A DNA stretch of 64,000 bases from Methanomassiliicoccaceae archaeon (GTDB lineage Archaea > Thermoplasmatota > Thermoplasmata > Methanomassiliicoccales > Methanomassiliicoccaceae). The notes under the pieces were generated by a model. The model was not told the origin of the DNA. It worked only from the letters and a program-made list of their open reading frames with translations, and ran no database searches. This document shows, piece by piece, positions 28,763 through 38,233 of the stretch. The position numbers and the translations under genes were made by a program. How positions within the stretch are numbered: position 1 is the stretch's first letter; each line of letters opens with the position of its first letter. The stretch is taken from positions 960,001 through 1,024,000 of the forward strand of contig JAXGZN010000002.1 of assembly GCA_040776945.1 (NCBI GenBank), in the 5' to 3' direction.

Positions 28763-28928
28763 GACCCCGCATATCGGCAGGGTCGATAATGAACTTTCGT
28801 TCGAACGGGCTGGACCGTCCAGCGGGCCGTGCTCTCAGCGTATTGCCAATCCCTGGCGGGGAATAAAGGCCCTTACTTTCGGAAGATGTGCCGATAATGC
28901 ATATCTACTATGTCGTGCTCGGGCAACC

Positions 28929-30071
28929 ATGTACGCAGATCAGTTCGATGCTGCCTGCCGGAGATGCGGGAAGTGCCTAGAGGCATGCCCCCAATATTCA
29001 GAGATCGGGATCATCGACTCACTTATCGACCATCTGCGCTCTGGCACTGAACCTGGGCTCGATATAACCAGGTGCTTCACCTGCGGGATGTGCGAGGAGG
29101 TGTGCCCTGAGGGGCTGAGCCTAAAGCAGCTCATCAAGGACGCTAGGCTGAAAAAGGTCGCTGCCGAGGGCCTTTCCGACCTGAACTTCCTCTGTGACCC
29201 CAGCTTCGACCGGAACATCTTCAAGACCGCGGCCTCATTGGAGGAGCCGCTGTTGTTCGGGCAAGGTAGGGCGGAGACGGTCTACTACCCCGGATGTTAC
29301 TCGAGCTACATTCATAAGAACATGGTCCTGGCCATAACAAAGCTGATGGAGCGGGCAGGGGTGGACCATGCCGTCCTAGATGGTCTCGATAATTGCTGCG
29401 GTCTGACCTCTGCGGGGACCGGAAATCCCGGAGTGGTGAGGGACAATGGGCCAAAATTGGTTGCCAAGCTGAGGGAGATGGGGGCAAAGCGGGTTGTTAC
29501 ATCCTGTCCCGGATGTTACATGGCCTTGTCCAAGGTCTATCCGTCCATGTTCGGTGATCTGGGGTTCGAGGTTGTGCAGGCCTCTCGGTTCCTTGGTGAG
29601 CTCATCGACAAGGGCGCGCTCAAGCTCGGGGACAAGGCGGGGGGGAAGGTGTACTACCACGACCCCTGCCACCTCACGCGTGGCGCTGGCATATATCAAG
29701 AGCCAAGGGATGTCCTGAGCAAGGTCCCTGGAACGATCCTGATGAACCCAGATCCAGATGGCTCCGGATGTTGCGGCTTCGGAGGAGGGGTGAGAGTGAA
29801 CCATCCTGATGAATCTGTAGGTACTGCACGAAAGGAGCATCTCAGGGTCAGGGCGGAGAGCGGGGACATCATCATAACTAATTGCGCAGGTTGCCGGCAG
29901 AACCTGATCGAGGGCAGGCCGGAGGACGGAGCGGAGGTGTTCGACCTTGCGGAATACCTGCTGCTATCGTTGGGTGAGAGGCTGCCGAGGAACGACAGGG
30001 CGATGATAGATCTGGTGAACGAGTCATATTCCAAAGGGAAGAGCGGGTACCGTAGACCTGAGGTGCGCTAG
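28929..30071 (+). CDS. (Fe-S)-binding protein, HdrD/GlpC-like (2x[4Fe-4S] plus two CCG domains)
   Basis: CRRCGKCLEACP, CFTCGMCEEVCP, YYPGC..CCG..CPGC, YHDPCH..CCGFGG..CAGC. Confidence 0.88.
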   Translation: MYADQFDAACRRCGKCLEACPQYSEIGIIDSLIDHLRSGTEPGLDITRCFTCGMCEEVCPEGLSLKQLIKDARLKKVAAEGLSDLNFLCDPSFDRNIFKTAASLEEPLLFGQGRAETVYYPGCYSSYIHKNMVLAITKLMERAGVDHAVLDGLDNCCGLTSAGTGNPGVVRDNGPKLVAKLREMGAKRVVTSCPGCYMALSKVYPSMFGDLGFEVVQASRFLGELIDKGALKLGDKAGGKVYYHDPCHLTRGAGIYQEPRDVLSKVPGTILMNPDPDGSGCCGFGGGVRVNHPDESVGTARKEHLRVRAESGDIIITNCAGCRQNLIEGRPEDGAEVFDLAEYLLLSLGERLPRNDRAMIDLVNESYSKGKSGYRRPEVR

Positions 30072-30082
30072 GCCGTCGCCCC

Positions 30083-33000
30083 TCATGCGGCCCGCAAGGA
30101 ACCTTTCAGCAGCCATACGTCGTAGCAGGCCGACGCGGACTGCCCGACCCCCAGGCGGACCTTCTCGCCTACCATTCCAGATGCCACCAGTCCGAAATCG
30201 ACCATCGTGGAGCCGCCGGGTACTACGCTAAGCGTCCCCAGGCTTATCCTGATCGTTCCTAGGACAGACAGTTTGGCCTCCACTACGCCGAGGATTAGGT
30301 CAGGGGTCTGGACCTTCAGGTACGCTCCCATCTGGACAAAGGCATGATCGGCCAGCGTTCTTGTCGGCATCGGTGCTCTGGCACCGGCGGCCAGGGGGTT
30401 CAGCGGATCGTCCATGACCGCCCAGATGGCCTTGATGAACCATTCCATGCAGTCCCGCACCGCCTTTCCATCGTACTCCAGTCCCATTGTCACGCTTCCT
30501 CCGGCCGCACCGGTAATGTCGTCCAGACCCAGCTCCAGATAGAAACGAAGGACGGATATGGTACGCTCGACGGATTCCAGCATGCTGCCCTCCATCTTTT
30601 GCAGCGCTCCGGCCACTATGTCCTTAAGTATGTTCATGTCCAGCGGTCCGGCCATCTGTTCCTCGAAGGATTCTCGGAAGCTCGTCATGATGATGTTGAG
30701 CAGTCCGGTTACGTCCAGTTCGCCCAACAACACTGGTCCGTTCGAGGAGCCGCGCGTTCCCTCCCTTAGCTCCCATTGAGGGGAGCCGTCATAGGTCCTC
30801 TGCCAGGTTCTCTCGTCATCATGGAGGTCCTTCAGCCAGGGCGCTGCATCTATCCTCTTGCCGTTCCTATCGAGCAGGGCAACCGATTCCTGCAGCGGGA
30901 AGTTCCTCACGTCACCGTTGTCCAGGGCCTGGCCGGTGAACTGGTGCACGAAATGACCGTGGGCCTCGATCCTACCGCTCAGGAACTCACTATGCTGCAC
31001 CCCTCGTGAGGAGACCAGTTGGTACCCTGTGAGGTCGATGGCCGAGCTACTGGGATTATATATCTCCACCCACTCTCGCGATCTGTCAGGGCCCTTGGGA
31101 TTGAGCTCGACCTCGTTGATCAGCAGCCCCTCCCGGCCCAGGATGTTGAAGCTCATCTCCATTCCAGCGTCAACATGCCATTTGGTGCCTGGAAGCGGAG
31201 AAGGGATGCTCCTGAGCGCCTTCCCCAGCCCGGGGACGTCGCTCAACGACACTGAGACCTTTTGGACCCTTTGCACTTCTGGTGCGCACATCTCGACCAC
31301 GTATCGGCCCATATACCCTCTCATCTCAACCTGGTGCCCATAGATCTTGACCAGAGGGTCGAAGGTGAGGTCCACGGACCAGTCCTCCGCCTCTAAGGAC
31401 ATGGAGACCGCGATGGTGTGCTCACCATCCTGAAGCCTCAGCACACGGAGGGAGGAACTGAATCTGGCACCAGCGGCGGACCTCGAGATATCGATCCGCA
31501 CACGGTCCTCAGTGCCGGTGAGGGCCGAGTCCCGCGGAGCGATCACCACCGACAGGCAGAGGCCGAGGACATGGAGATCGACGGTGGAGCCGCCCATTAC
31601 TGTCGAGGCTGCGTCGGCCAGTTTCTCGATCGCCTTGCTCAGCAGACCGGTCATTATGCTTTCTATGGACGCCGTCCCCGCGGAAAGGACCTCCTGCAGG
31701 CACCCCAGCACATCAGTGGAGCAGGAGAACAGATCGGGTATAAGGCGGTAAAGGAGAAGGAACACCTGGTCCGAGAGCCCGCCCACAGCCTCCGCCGCCG
31801 ATACGATCATATCATATAGTCCAGTGATCAGCTTTTCAATGTCCCCCCTCAGGGTCGACGTTGGTGTGTATTCTACGCCTTCTAGAGACCATCCGCTGAA
31901 AGCCACGATGTTGAACGAGCCTTGAATGGGAATGGCCTCGGAACATGGAATGCCGACATCATCTCCGGCGTGGAGCGTGATATCGATCGAGCCTGAATAC
32001 GATATGCCCCACTGGGTGACGTACGGTGTGGCGGTCATGCCCATGAGATCGGTCACATGGCGGTTGGGGTATGAGGTGTTCGCCCGATCATATTGCCAAG
32101 GCAGGCGTACCGAGGCCCGCAGGCTTCCGGGCCGGCCGTCCTCGGCGAGATCGAACCCGACGGACCGGACGCTGATCGTCTCGGTCCTCCGATGGCCGTC
32201 CGCGAGGTCGAGCACGATGCCTCCACGGGCGACAGGGACGGAGACCTCTCCGCCCTGGGCGGCGAGCCCCTTGCCGAAATGATCCATGGCATCCTTCGTC
32301 GCCAATGCTGTGACCAGGCCCAGGGAGGTCGTCGAGGTCATCGCGTCGGCCACCAAGGATATCAGGTCTACAGAGCTCACGGTCCTCATCGACAGGGCGT
32401 GATCGAGCTTTCCGAGCAGCGGGTCTATGCGGCTCTTTCTAAGCTCTGAAATCATCTCATCCCAAGCACCCCAGTTATCGCCGGTGAGGGACATGTAAGT
32501 TGAGTTTCGAGCTGTCCTCAGCTTCTCATCGGAGAAGTTGGGCATGGACCCTAGCTTTTCCTCCACCAGGACGCCGCTGAGGTCCCAGGCGACAGCGGCT
32601 AGAGACCGGTTGACCTGCAGGATCTCCATCCAGTTCCTATGGATGAAGTCCATAGCTGCCTGGGCAAGACCCTCGCGTACCGTCCTTACCTCGTTGGCCT
32701 TTTCGATTGCAGGCCGTATCCATCCCGACCCGTCCTTGAAGGCCTCATTGAGCTGTTCTCTTATCTCCTCAAGATAGGTCAGGCCGTCCGATGGTGCCAA
32801 TGAGAGGTCCAGGGGCGGAAGGTGACAGTGGGAGGCGATGCCGGTGGCCACCATCTCTACGTACGACCGCATGGCCTCGGCGATGGCGAAGGACTCCGAT
32901 CGATAGCTCTTACGGATGTCGGACCAGGCCGGCAGGGAGAGAATGTCCAAAGGCGGGAGGTCCAGGGCGTAGGTTCCCTTGAGATCCATCCGCACCTCGT

Positions 33001-34234
33001 TCCCGTTGTTGTCATACACGGTTATCCTATAGGCTGGGAGACGCACCATGATGTCGCCCCCTCCATAGCAGTACCATCGGTAGTCGTATTCCTGATAGCC
33101 CGCATCGGCCATGGCGCTGGCGATATAGTCCTTCATTACCACCTGGTCGTGGTCCCCTCCTGTGATGAGGTCGATGAGCCCGAACAGATTGTCCTCGCCC
33201 ATCTCCAGGGCGGTCTCTGCAAGGTTCACCAGGTCGATCAGTCCAAGGTAGTCCATCCACTTCAGGACTATAGCGTCCGCCTTAGCATACAGTGCCTGGC
33301 CGACCATGGCCGCCAGGTCCAGATCTCCCTCGCGGTAGGAGAGGAGGAACAGATCTGCCGGATCGATGTCCCCCTCCAGCCCGCTAAGGGCCTGGGCGAC
33401 CGTTTCCAGATCATCCTCCACTGCGCCCATGTCATGGAAGTACCTCAGCTCGGTGAGAAGTACTGCTAGGTTAACGGCCCTCGTCACGTCCTCAGGAGTG
33501 ATTATCATTTCAGTGCTCTTCTCCCCCGTCTTTTCCCAGGAGCCGTATCCCCGCAGCACCCTGTCCTGGGCCAACACCGACAGCTCGTACCTAACGATGC
33601 TCTCCACCTCTCCCATGGGCGAAGCGGCGGACCTGAACCGGTCCAGCTTGTATGCGAGAAGCGGAAGGGGGACCAGGACGTCCTGGTCCAGTTCTACAGT
33701 TCTGGTGATCCTTCCGCTGGCGCATGTGACCGCCAAAGAGCAGTTCCCTCGGAGAACTAGGTAGGCGGGGACGCTCGATCCGTGCCACGGGCCCGTTCCG
33801 ACCCCCTGCAGACCAGTTGCCTCCTGAAGACTGGCTTGGAGCAGTAGAAGCGATATGTTGTGCGTGACCGAGGTACAAAGATCGCCATTGAAGGCCGGGT
33901 AGGTTCGGACAAGGGAAGCGTTGAGGAGGGTGGTGAAACGGTCCTGTAGGGCCGAGGGCTCGAGCCGGGCGATGCCCCTGACCGAGTCCAGAGCACAGGA
34001 GTAGGAGATGCGGACGACATCATCGACCGCCGCGTCCATTGCTCGGGCCATCTCGTGCAGTTTCTCTTGGGGGACCCTTGCCGCGTCTCTTTGAGCGTCT
34101 ATGCTGTAAAGGAGGGCAGCGCTGGCGGAGGAAACGACCAGCAGAAGAACGGCGATCACCGAGAATGGCATCTGGGCACTGCTGTTGTCTCTCAATGCGG
34201 AAATGCCCGAGCGGCCTTGGACTGATGGTGTCAT
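30083..34234 (-). CDS. Large lamin-tail-domain protein with pilin-like N-terminal hydrophobic segment
   Basis: INEVELNP...EWVEIYNP..IDLTGY..LDNGD LTD motif; N-terminus RDNSSA-QMPFSVIAVLLLV. Confidence 0.8.
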   Translation of the reverse strand: MTPSVQGRSGISALRDNSSAQMPFSVIAVLLLVVSSASAALLYSIDAQRDAARVPQEKLHEMARAMDAAVDDVVRISYSCALDSVRGIARLEPSALQDRFTTLLNASLVRTYPAFNGDLCTSVTHNISLLLLQASLQEATGLQGVGTGPWHGSSVPAYLVLRGNCSLAVTCASGRITRTVELDQDVLVPLPLLAYKLDRFRSAASPMGEVESIVRYELSVLAQDRVLRGYGSWEKTGEKSTEMIITPEDVTRAVNLAVLLTELRYFHDMGAVEDDLETVAQALSGLEGDIDPADLFLLSYREGDLDLAAMVGQALYAKADAIVLKWMDYLGLIDLVNLAETALEMGEDNLFGLIDLITGGDHDQVVMKDYIASAMADAGYQEYDYRWYCYGGGDIMVRLPAYRITVYDNNGNEVRMDLKGTYALDLPPLDILSLPAWSDIRKSYRSESFAIAEAMRSYVEMVATGIASHCHLPPLDLSLAPSDGLTYLEEIREQLNEAFKDGSGWIRPAIEKANEVRTVREGLAQAAMDFIHRNWMEILQVNRSLAAVAWDLSGVLVEEKLGSMPNFSDEKLRTARNSTYMSLTGDNWGAWDEMISELRKSRIDPLLGKLDHALSMRTVSSVDLISLVADAMTSTTSLGLVTALATKDAMDHFGKGLAAQGGEVSVPVARGGIVLDLADGHRRTETISVRSVGFDLAEDGRPGSLRASVRLPWQYDRANTSYPNRHVTDLMGMTATPYVTQWGISYSGSIDITLHAGDDVGIPCSEAIPIQGSFNIVAFSGWSLEGVEYTPTSTLRGDIEKLITGLYDMIVSAAEAVGGLSDQVFLLLYRLIPDLFSCSTDVLGCLQEVLSAGTASIESIMTGLLSKAIEKLADAASTVMGGSTVDLHVLGLCLSVVIAPRDSALTGTEDRVRIDISRSAAGARFSSSLRVLRLQDGEHTIAVSMSLEAEDWSVDLTFDPLVKIYGHQVEMRGYMGRYVVEMCAPEVQRVQKVSVSLSDVPGLGKALRSIPSPLPGTKWHVDAGMEMSFNILGREGLLINEVELNPKGPDRSREWVEIYNPSSSAIDLTGYQLVSSRGVQHSEFLSGRIEAHGHFVHQFTGQALDNGDVRNFPLQESVALLDRNGKRIDAAPWLKDLHDDERTWQRTYDGSPQWELREGTRGSSNGPVLLGELDVTGLLNIIMTSFRESFEEQMAGPLDMNILKDIVAGALQKMEGSMLESVERTISVLRFYLELGLDDITGAAGGSVTMGLEYDGKAVRDCMEWFIKAIWAVMDDPLNPLAAGARAPMPTRTLADHAFVQMGAYLKVQTPDLILGVVEAKLSVLGTIRISLGTLSVVPGGSTMVDFGLVASGMVGEKVRLGVGQSASACYDVWLLKGSLRAA

Positions 34235-34307
34235 CGCCCGGACGGAAGGCTGGGGAGCTAAAAAGGCCGAGAGCTAATTGCAAACTACGATGAACGGCCT
34301 CATGCCA

Positions 34308-35009
34308 TCACCGTTTGCATTCAGGCCGATCGAGCGACATCTTGAAGAAGTTGTCCAAATGGGCTGCCAGGAAGGGGTTGTCGGTGAAACCGCATATGCT
34401 GAGGTCGGGGGTGGCCATAAGCGCAACCTCGTAGTCGGTTATGACATCGGTGGCCAGGAGGTCCTGCTTCCTGATGACCTCGGTCGCCTCGGGCACCTTC
34501 ACAGATGGAAGCGCCACCACGGTTACGTGTACCCCTCGCTTTATGGCGTTGGAGAACTTGGGAGCGAGCTCGTTGTTCAGCTCAGTAAGGTCCGGAGAGG
34601 AGAGAAAGAACCTCTCCTTGGACATGTCCAGCATCTCGCCTATCTTGCCCATGACCCTCTCTTTGCCCATAATGGTGTACACAAGCTGGGGGCTGCCCTT
34701 CTCGGTCTGGGACCCTCTAAGCGAGTCGAGGAGCTGAAATACCCTCTCCATCTCTGCCACCATTCTGTCGCGGATCTCCAATGGGGGCACGGGGTGGAAC
34801 ACAGCCGGGCGGCCTCCCCTCGAGGTCACGAACCCCTTTTGCTTCAGGGCATCGAGCACCTTGTATGCTGACGTCCTAGGGATATCAGCAGTATCGGCGA
34901 CGTCCTCCGCTGTCCCGTGGGACCTGAGGACCAGGGCGAGGTAGGCCTTGGCCTCGTAATCGGACAGACCAGTACGTTTTAGCAATGCCAATATGTCCTC
35001 CTTCTCCAT
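34308..35009 (-). CDS. TrmB family transcriptional regulator
   Basis: GLSDYEAKAYLAL...IPRTSAYKVLDALKQKGFV...RP; the start may lie further upstream (35033 or 35048). Confidence 0.9.
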   Translation of the reverse strand: MEKEDILALLKRTGLSDYEAKAYLALVLRSHGTAEDVADTADIPRTSAYKVLDALKQKGFVTSRGGRPAVFHPVPPLEIRDRMVAEMERVFQLLDSLRGSQTEKGSPQLVYTIMGKERVMGKIGEMLDMSKERFFLSSPDLTELNNELAPKFSNAIKRGVHVTVVALPSVKVPEATEVIRKQDLLATDVITDYEVALMATPDLSICGFTDNPFLAAHLDNFFKMSLDRPECKR

Positions 35010-35134
35010 GGCCCTCATCTCTCCTTCCGCCATCCTTTGGAAAACCATTTGAACCGCCCTAGATGTCGCTTTATGTGCTACAATAGTATTAAATTATCTC
35101 ATGCTGAATTGCGGGTCAGCGGGATGACACTCGT

Positions 35135-36688
35135 ATGATCATCAAGGAGAGCGCGTTGAAAAAGGGGTTGCCCAAGGACACGCAATCGCTGTGCCCTGAG
35201 TGCAAGAAGGTAGTGCCAGCGAAGGTGTTCGAGTCCGGAGGAAAGGTCCTCATGGAGAAGAACTGTCCCGAGCACGGGAGCGTGACCGATGTGTACTGGT
35301 CGGACGTCGACCTGTTCCTCAAGGCAGAGAAGTTCGCGTATGATGGCATCGGGGTCAGCAATGCTCTGATCCAGAACGCCAAGAGCTGTCCCGACAACTG
35401 CGGACTGTGCAACCTGCACACCAGCCACACCGCGCTCGCCAATCTGGACCTGACCAATCGCTGCAACCTGAAATGCCCGATCTGCTTCGCCAACGCCAAC
35501 CAGGCTGGCTATGTCTACGAACCTTCCTTCGAAGAGGTCGTCAAGATGCTGGAGACCTTGAGGGCTGAGAGGCCGGTCCCCTGCACCGCGGTGCAGTTCT
35601 CAGGCGGAGAGCCGACCATATATCCACGGTTCTTCGACGTTATCAGAAAGGCAAAGGAGCTTGGGTTCGCCCAGATCCAGGTCGCCACCAACGGCATTAA
35701 GCTGGCAGACGATCCCGATTTCGCCCAGAAATGCGCTGATGCTGGGCTCAACACCATATACCTGCAGTTCGACGGGCTCAATGATGAGATATACATGAGG
35801 ACCAGAGCGAAGCCGATGCTGGACGTTAAGATCAGAGCGATCGAGAACGTTCGTAAGCTCAAGGACCGACGACCGTCCATAGTCCTCGTGCCCACCTTAG
35901 TAAGAGGGTTCAACGACGATCAGATCGGAGAGATAATTCGATTCGCTATCAAGAACCGCGATGTAGTGCGCGGAGTTAACTTCCAGCCTGTGGCCTTCAC
36001 GGGCCGCATAGATCAAAAGGAGCGGGAACAGGGACGCTACACCATCCCCGATCTCATTGAGGACATCAAGAAGCAGACCGGCTTCGCGACGGAGGATGAT
36101 TGGTACCCAGTACCTGCTGTCGCGCCGATATCCGCCTATGCCTCAGCCCTTCTGGGGGAAGACAAGGTCACCTTCACCTCGCATCCTCACTGCGGGATGG
36201 CCACCTATTGGTTCATCAAGGACGACGGCACCGTCGTGCCCCTGACCCGTTTCGTGGACGTGGAAGGCCTGTTCAAGGAACTGTACGAACTGTCCAAGAA
36301 GACCGAGGGCGCTGTATTTCCCAAGCTCTCCCTTCTGAAGGCACGGAAGATATTGAAATCCCATCTGGACGAGAGCAAGATGCCCGAAGGGCTCACCACC
36401 AATCAGTTCATGACGGTCCTGACCAACGTGTTCAACAACGATACCAAGGAAGGACTCGCGAAGTTCTCTTGGGGCATGATGCTCATCTCTTCCATGCACT
36501 TCCAGGACGATTACAACTATGATATCGAGCGGGTGAAGAGGTGCGTCATCCACTATGTTGTCCCTGACGGGAGGATCATACCCTTCTGCGCCTACAACGG
36601 TGGGCCGACCTACCGCGACGAGGTGGAGAAGAAGTTCTCTGTCCCCCTCGCCGAATGGAGAAGGACAAGAGGGACCGAGTATACCTGA
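35135..36688 (+). CDS. tes: Tetraether lipid synthase Tes / GDGT-MAS (MJ0619-type radical SAM)
   Basis: CPEC..CPEHG, CPDNCGLCNLH, TNRCNLKCPICFA, NFQPV, HPHCG, MHFQD, RCVIHY..IPFCAYN. Confidence 0.9.
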   Translation: MIIKESALKKGLPKDTQSLCPECKKVVPAKVFESGGKVLMEKNCPEHGSVTDVYWSDVDLFLKAEKFAYDGIGVSNALIQNAKSCPDNCGLCNLHTSHTALANLDLTNRCNLKCPICFANANQAGYVYEPSFEEVVKMLETLRAERPVPCTAVQFSGGEPTIYPRFFDVIRKAKELGFAQIQVATNGIKLADDPDFAQKCADAGLNTIYLQFDGLNDEIYMRTRAKPMLDVKIRAIENVRKLKDRRPSIVLVPTLVRGFNDDQIGEIIRFAIKNRDVVRGVNFQPVAFTGRIDQKEREQGRYTIPDLIEDIKKQTGFATEDDWYPVPAVAPISAYASALLGEDKVTFTSHPHCGMATYWFIKDDGTVVPLTRFVDVEGLFKELYELSKKTEGAVFPKLSLLKARKILKSHLDESKMPEGLTTNQFMTVLTNVFNNDTKEGLAKFSWGMMLISSMHFQDDYNYDIERVKRCVIHYVVPDGRIIPFCAYNGGPTYRDEVEKKFSVPLAEWRRTRGTEYT

Positions 36689-36702
36689 GAGGAGGGACCT
36701 AA

Positions 36703-36876
36703 ATGATAGTATCCATAGAGAAGTGTCATCATTGCGGGGCCTGCGTAGGCTCCTGCCCGAAGAACGCGATCTTCCTTAACGACCTGGTGCTGGTTTTCAG
36801 CGATGAGTGCAATCGCTGCGGCCGGTGTGTAAAGCTCTGCCCGGTGGGCGCGATCACCATGGAGGCGAAGAAATGA
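36703..36876 (+). CDS. 2x[4Fe-4S] ferredoxin, 57 aa (absent from the ORF track)
   Basis: MIVSIEKCHHCGACVGSCPKNAI...ECNRCGRCVKLCPVGAITMEAKK*; GGAGG SD; ATGA overlap with next gene. Confidence 0.93.
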   Translation: MIVSIEKCHHCGACVGSCPKNAIFLNDLVLVFSDECNRCGRCVKLCPVGAITMEAKK

Positions 36877-38063
36877 GGAAGATCGAAAAGGACATCGTCG
36901 TGGTCGGCGCCGGGCCGGCAGGCAGCATGACCGCCAAGTGGGCCGCCCAGGGCGGAGCGGACGTGCTGATGATCGAAAAGCGCCAGGAGATCGGCTCCCC
37001 CGTCCGTTGCGCCGAGGGCATATCCAAGCATTGGGTCGAGGAGGTCGGCATCACCGTAAACAATAAGTGGGTCGCCCGGGAGGTTCGAGGCGCCAAGATC
37101 AAATCTCCTTCGGGCCACACCTTCCTGGTAGACGAGAAGAACGCGGGAAACGAGGTCGGATGGGTCGTGGACCGAGTATTGTTCGATAAGGCGCTCGCCG
37201 CCGATGCTGCCCGCGCTGGGACGGAGATCATGGTCAAGACCTCGGCGACCTCCCTGATCTGGGAGAACGGAAAGATCGCCGGGGTTCGGGCACAGACCTA
37301 CGGCGAGCCCATCGAGATCAGGGCCAAGTGCGTGGTCGGCGCCGACGGCTACGAGTCGCAGGTCGGCCGCTGGGCGGGCATCGATACCAGCCTGAAGGCC
37401 GATGATATCGACACCTGCTATCAGTACAGGCTGACCGGCATCGATTATGATCCGGACTACTGCGAGTTCACCCTTGGATCGGCAGCTCCCGGAGGCTATG
37501 TGTGGATATTCCCCAAGGACGAGGACACCGCCAACGTGGGGATCGGCGTCCAACTGTCCAAGGTCAAGCATCCCGCCGACCCCAAGATGTACCTGGACAA
37601 GTTCATAGCCAAGAGGCCTGGGCTGAAGAAAGGGCAGCCTCTCGAGGCGGTCGCCGGCGCGGTTTCAATATGCGCTCCCCTGGACTCGGTCTCCATGGAC
37701 AATCTGGTGCTGGTCGGAGATGCTGCCAGGATGATCGATCCCATAACCGGCGGAGGCATATCCATAGGATGCATCGCGGGGATGTGCGCCGGTAAGGTGC
37801 TCGCCAAGGGCGTAAAGGCCAATGATCTGTCGATGAACACCCTTCAAGAGTACGAGACCATGTGGAGGGACCGGCTGGAGAACAAGCAGTGGCGCAACTG
37901 GATGGCCAAGGAGAAACTTACCACCTTGTCCGACGAGACGCTTGACAAGATCGTGCACACCTTCTCCCAGTATGGCGTCGAAAAGCTGTCGGTCCAGGAC
38001 CTTCTGGCGGTCATCAAGCGGCACCACCCCGAACTTGTCAAAGAGTTCGAGGAGCTCATCTGA
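36873..38063 (+). CDS. Digeranylgeranylglycerophospholipid (geranylgeranyl) reductase
   Basis: VVGAGPAGS, IGSPVRCAEG, APGGYVWIFPK, LVGDAAR.IDPITGGGI. Confidence 0.92.
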   Translation: MRKIEKDIVVVGAGPAGSMTAKWAAQGGADVLMIEKRQEIGSPVRCAEGISKHWVEEVGITVNNKWVAREVRGAKIKSPSGHTFLVDEKNAGNEVGWVVDRVLFDKALAADAARAGTEIMVKTSATSLIWENGKIAGVRAQTYGEPIEIRAKCVVGADGYESQVGRWAGIDTSLKADDIDTCYQYRLTGIDYDPDYCEFTLGSAAPGGYVWIFPKDEDTANVGIGVQLSKVKHPADPKMYLDKFIAKRPGLKKGQPLEAVAGAVSICAPLDSVSMDNLVLVGDAARMIDPITGGGISIGCIAGMCAGKVLAKGVKANDLSMNTLQEYETMWRDRLENKQWRNWMAKEKLTTLSDETLDKIVHTFSQYGVEKLSVQDLLAVIKRHHPELVKEFEELI

Positions 38064-38068
38064 GCTCC

Positions 38069-38109
38069 TAACCCCCTTCTTTTTCTGTTCCGAGGTTTTT
38101 TCTTATTTA
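38069..38109 (+). terminator. U-rich terminator after the tes-fd-GGR operon
   Basis: taacccccttctttttctgttccgaggttttttcttattt. Confidence 0.55.
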
Positions 38110-38233
38110 GGCCGTTGCGAAGCGATCTCGAACCAGCCTCATGGTGCACGGCGTTCGCCCGAACCTCAGGAGGGGACGGTCCAATTATATCCTAATGGAT
38201 CTCCCTGATGCGGTCAGGCCGATCGTACCTCGC

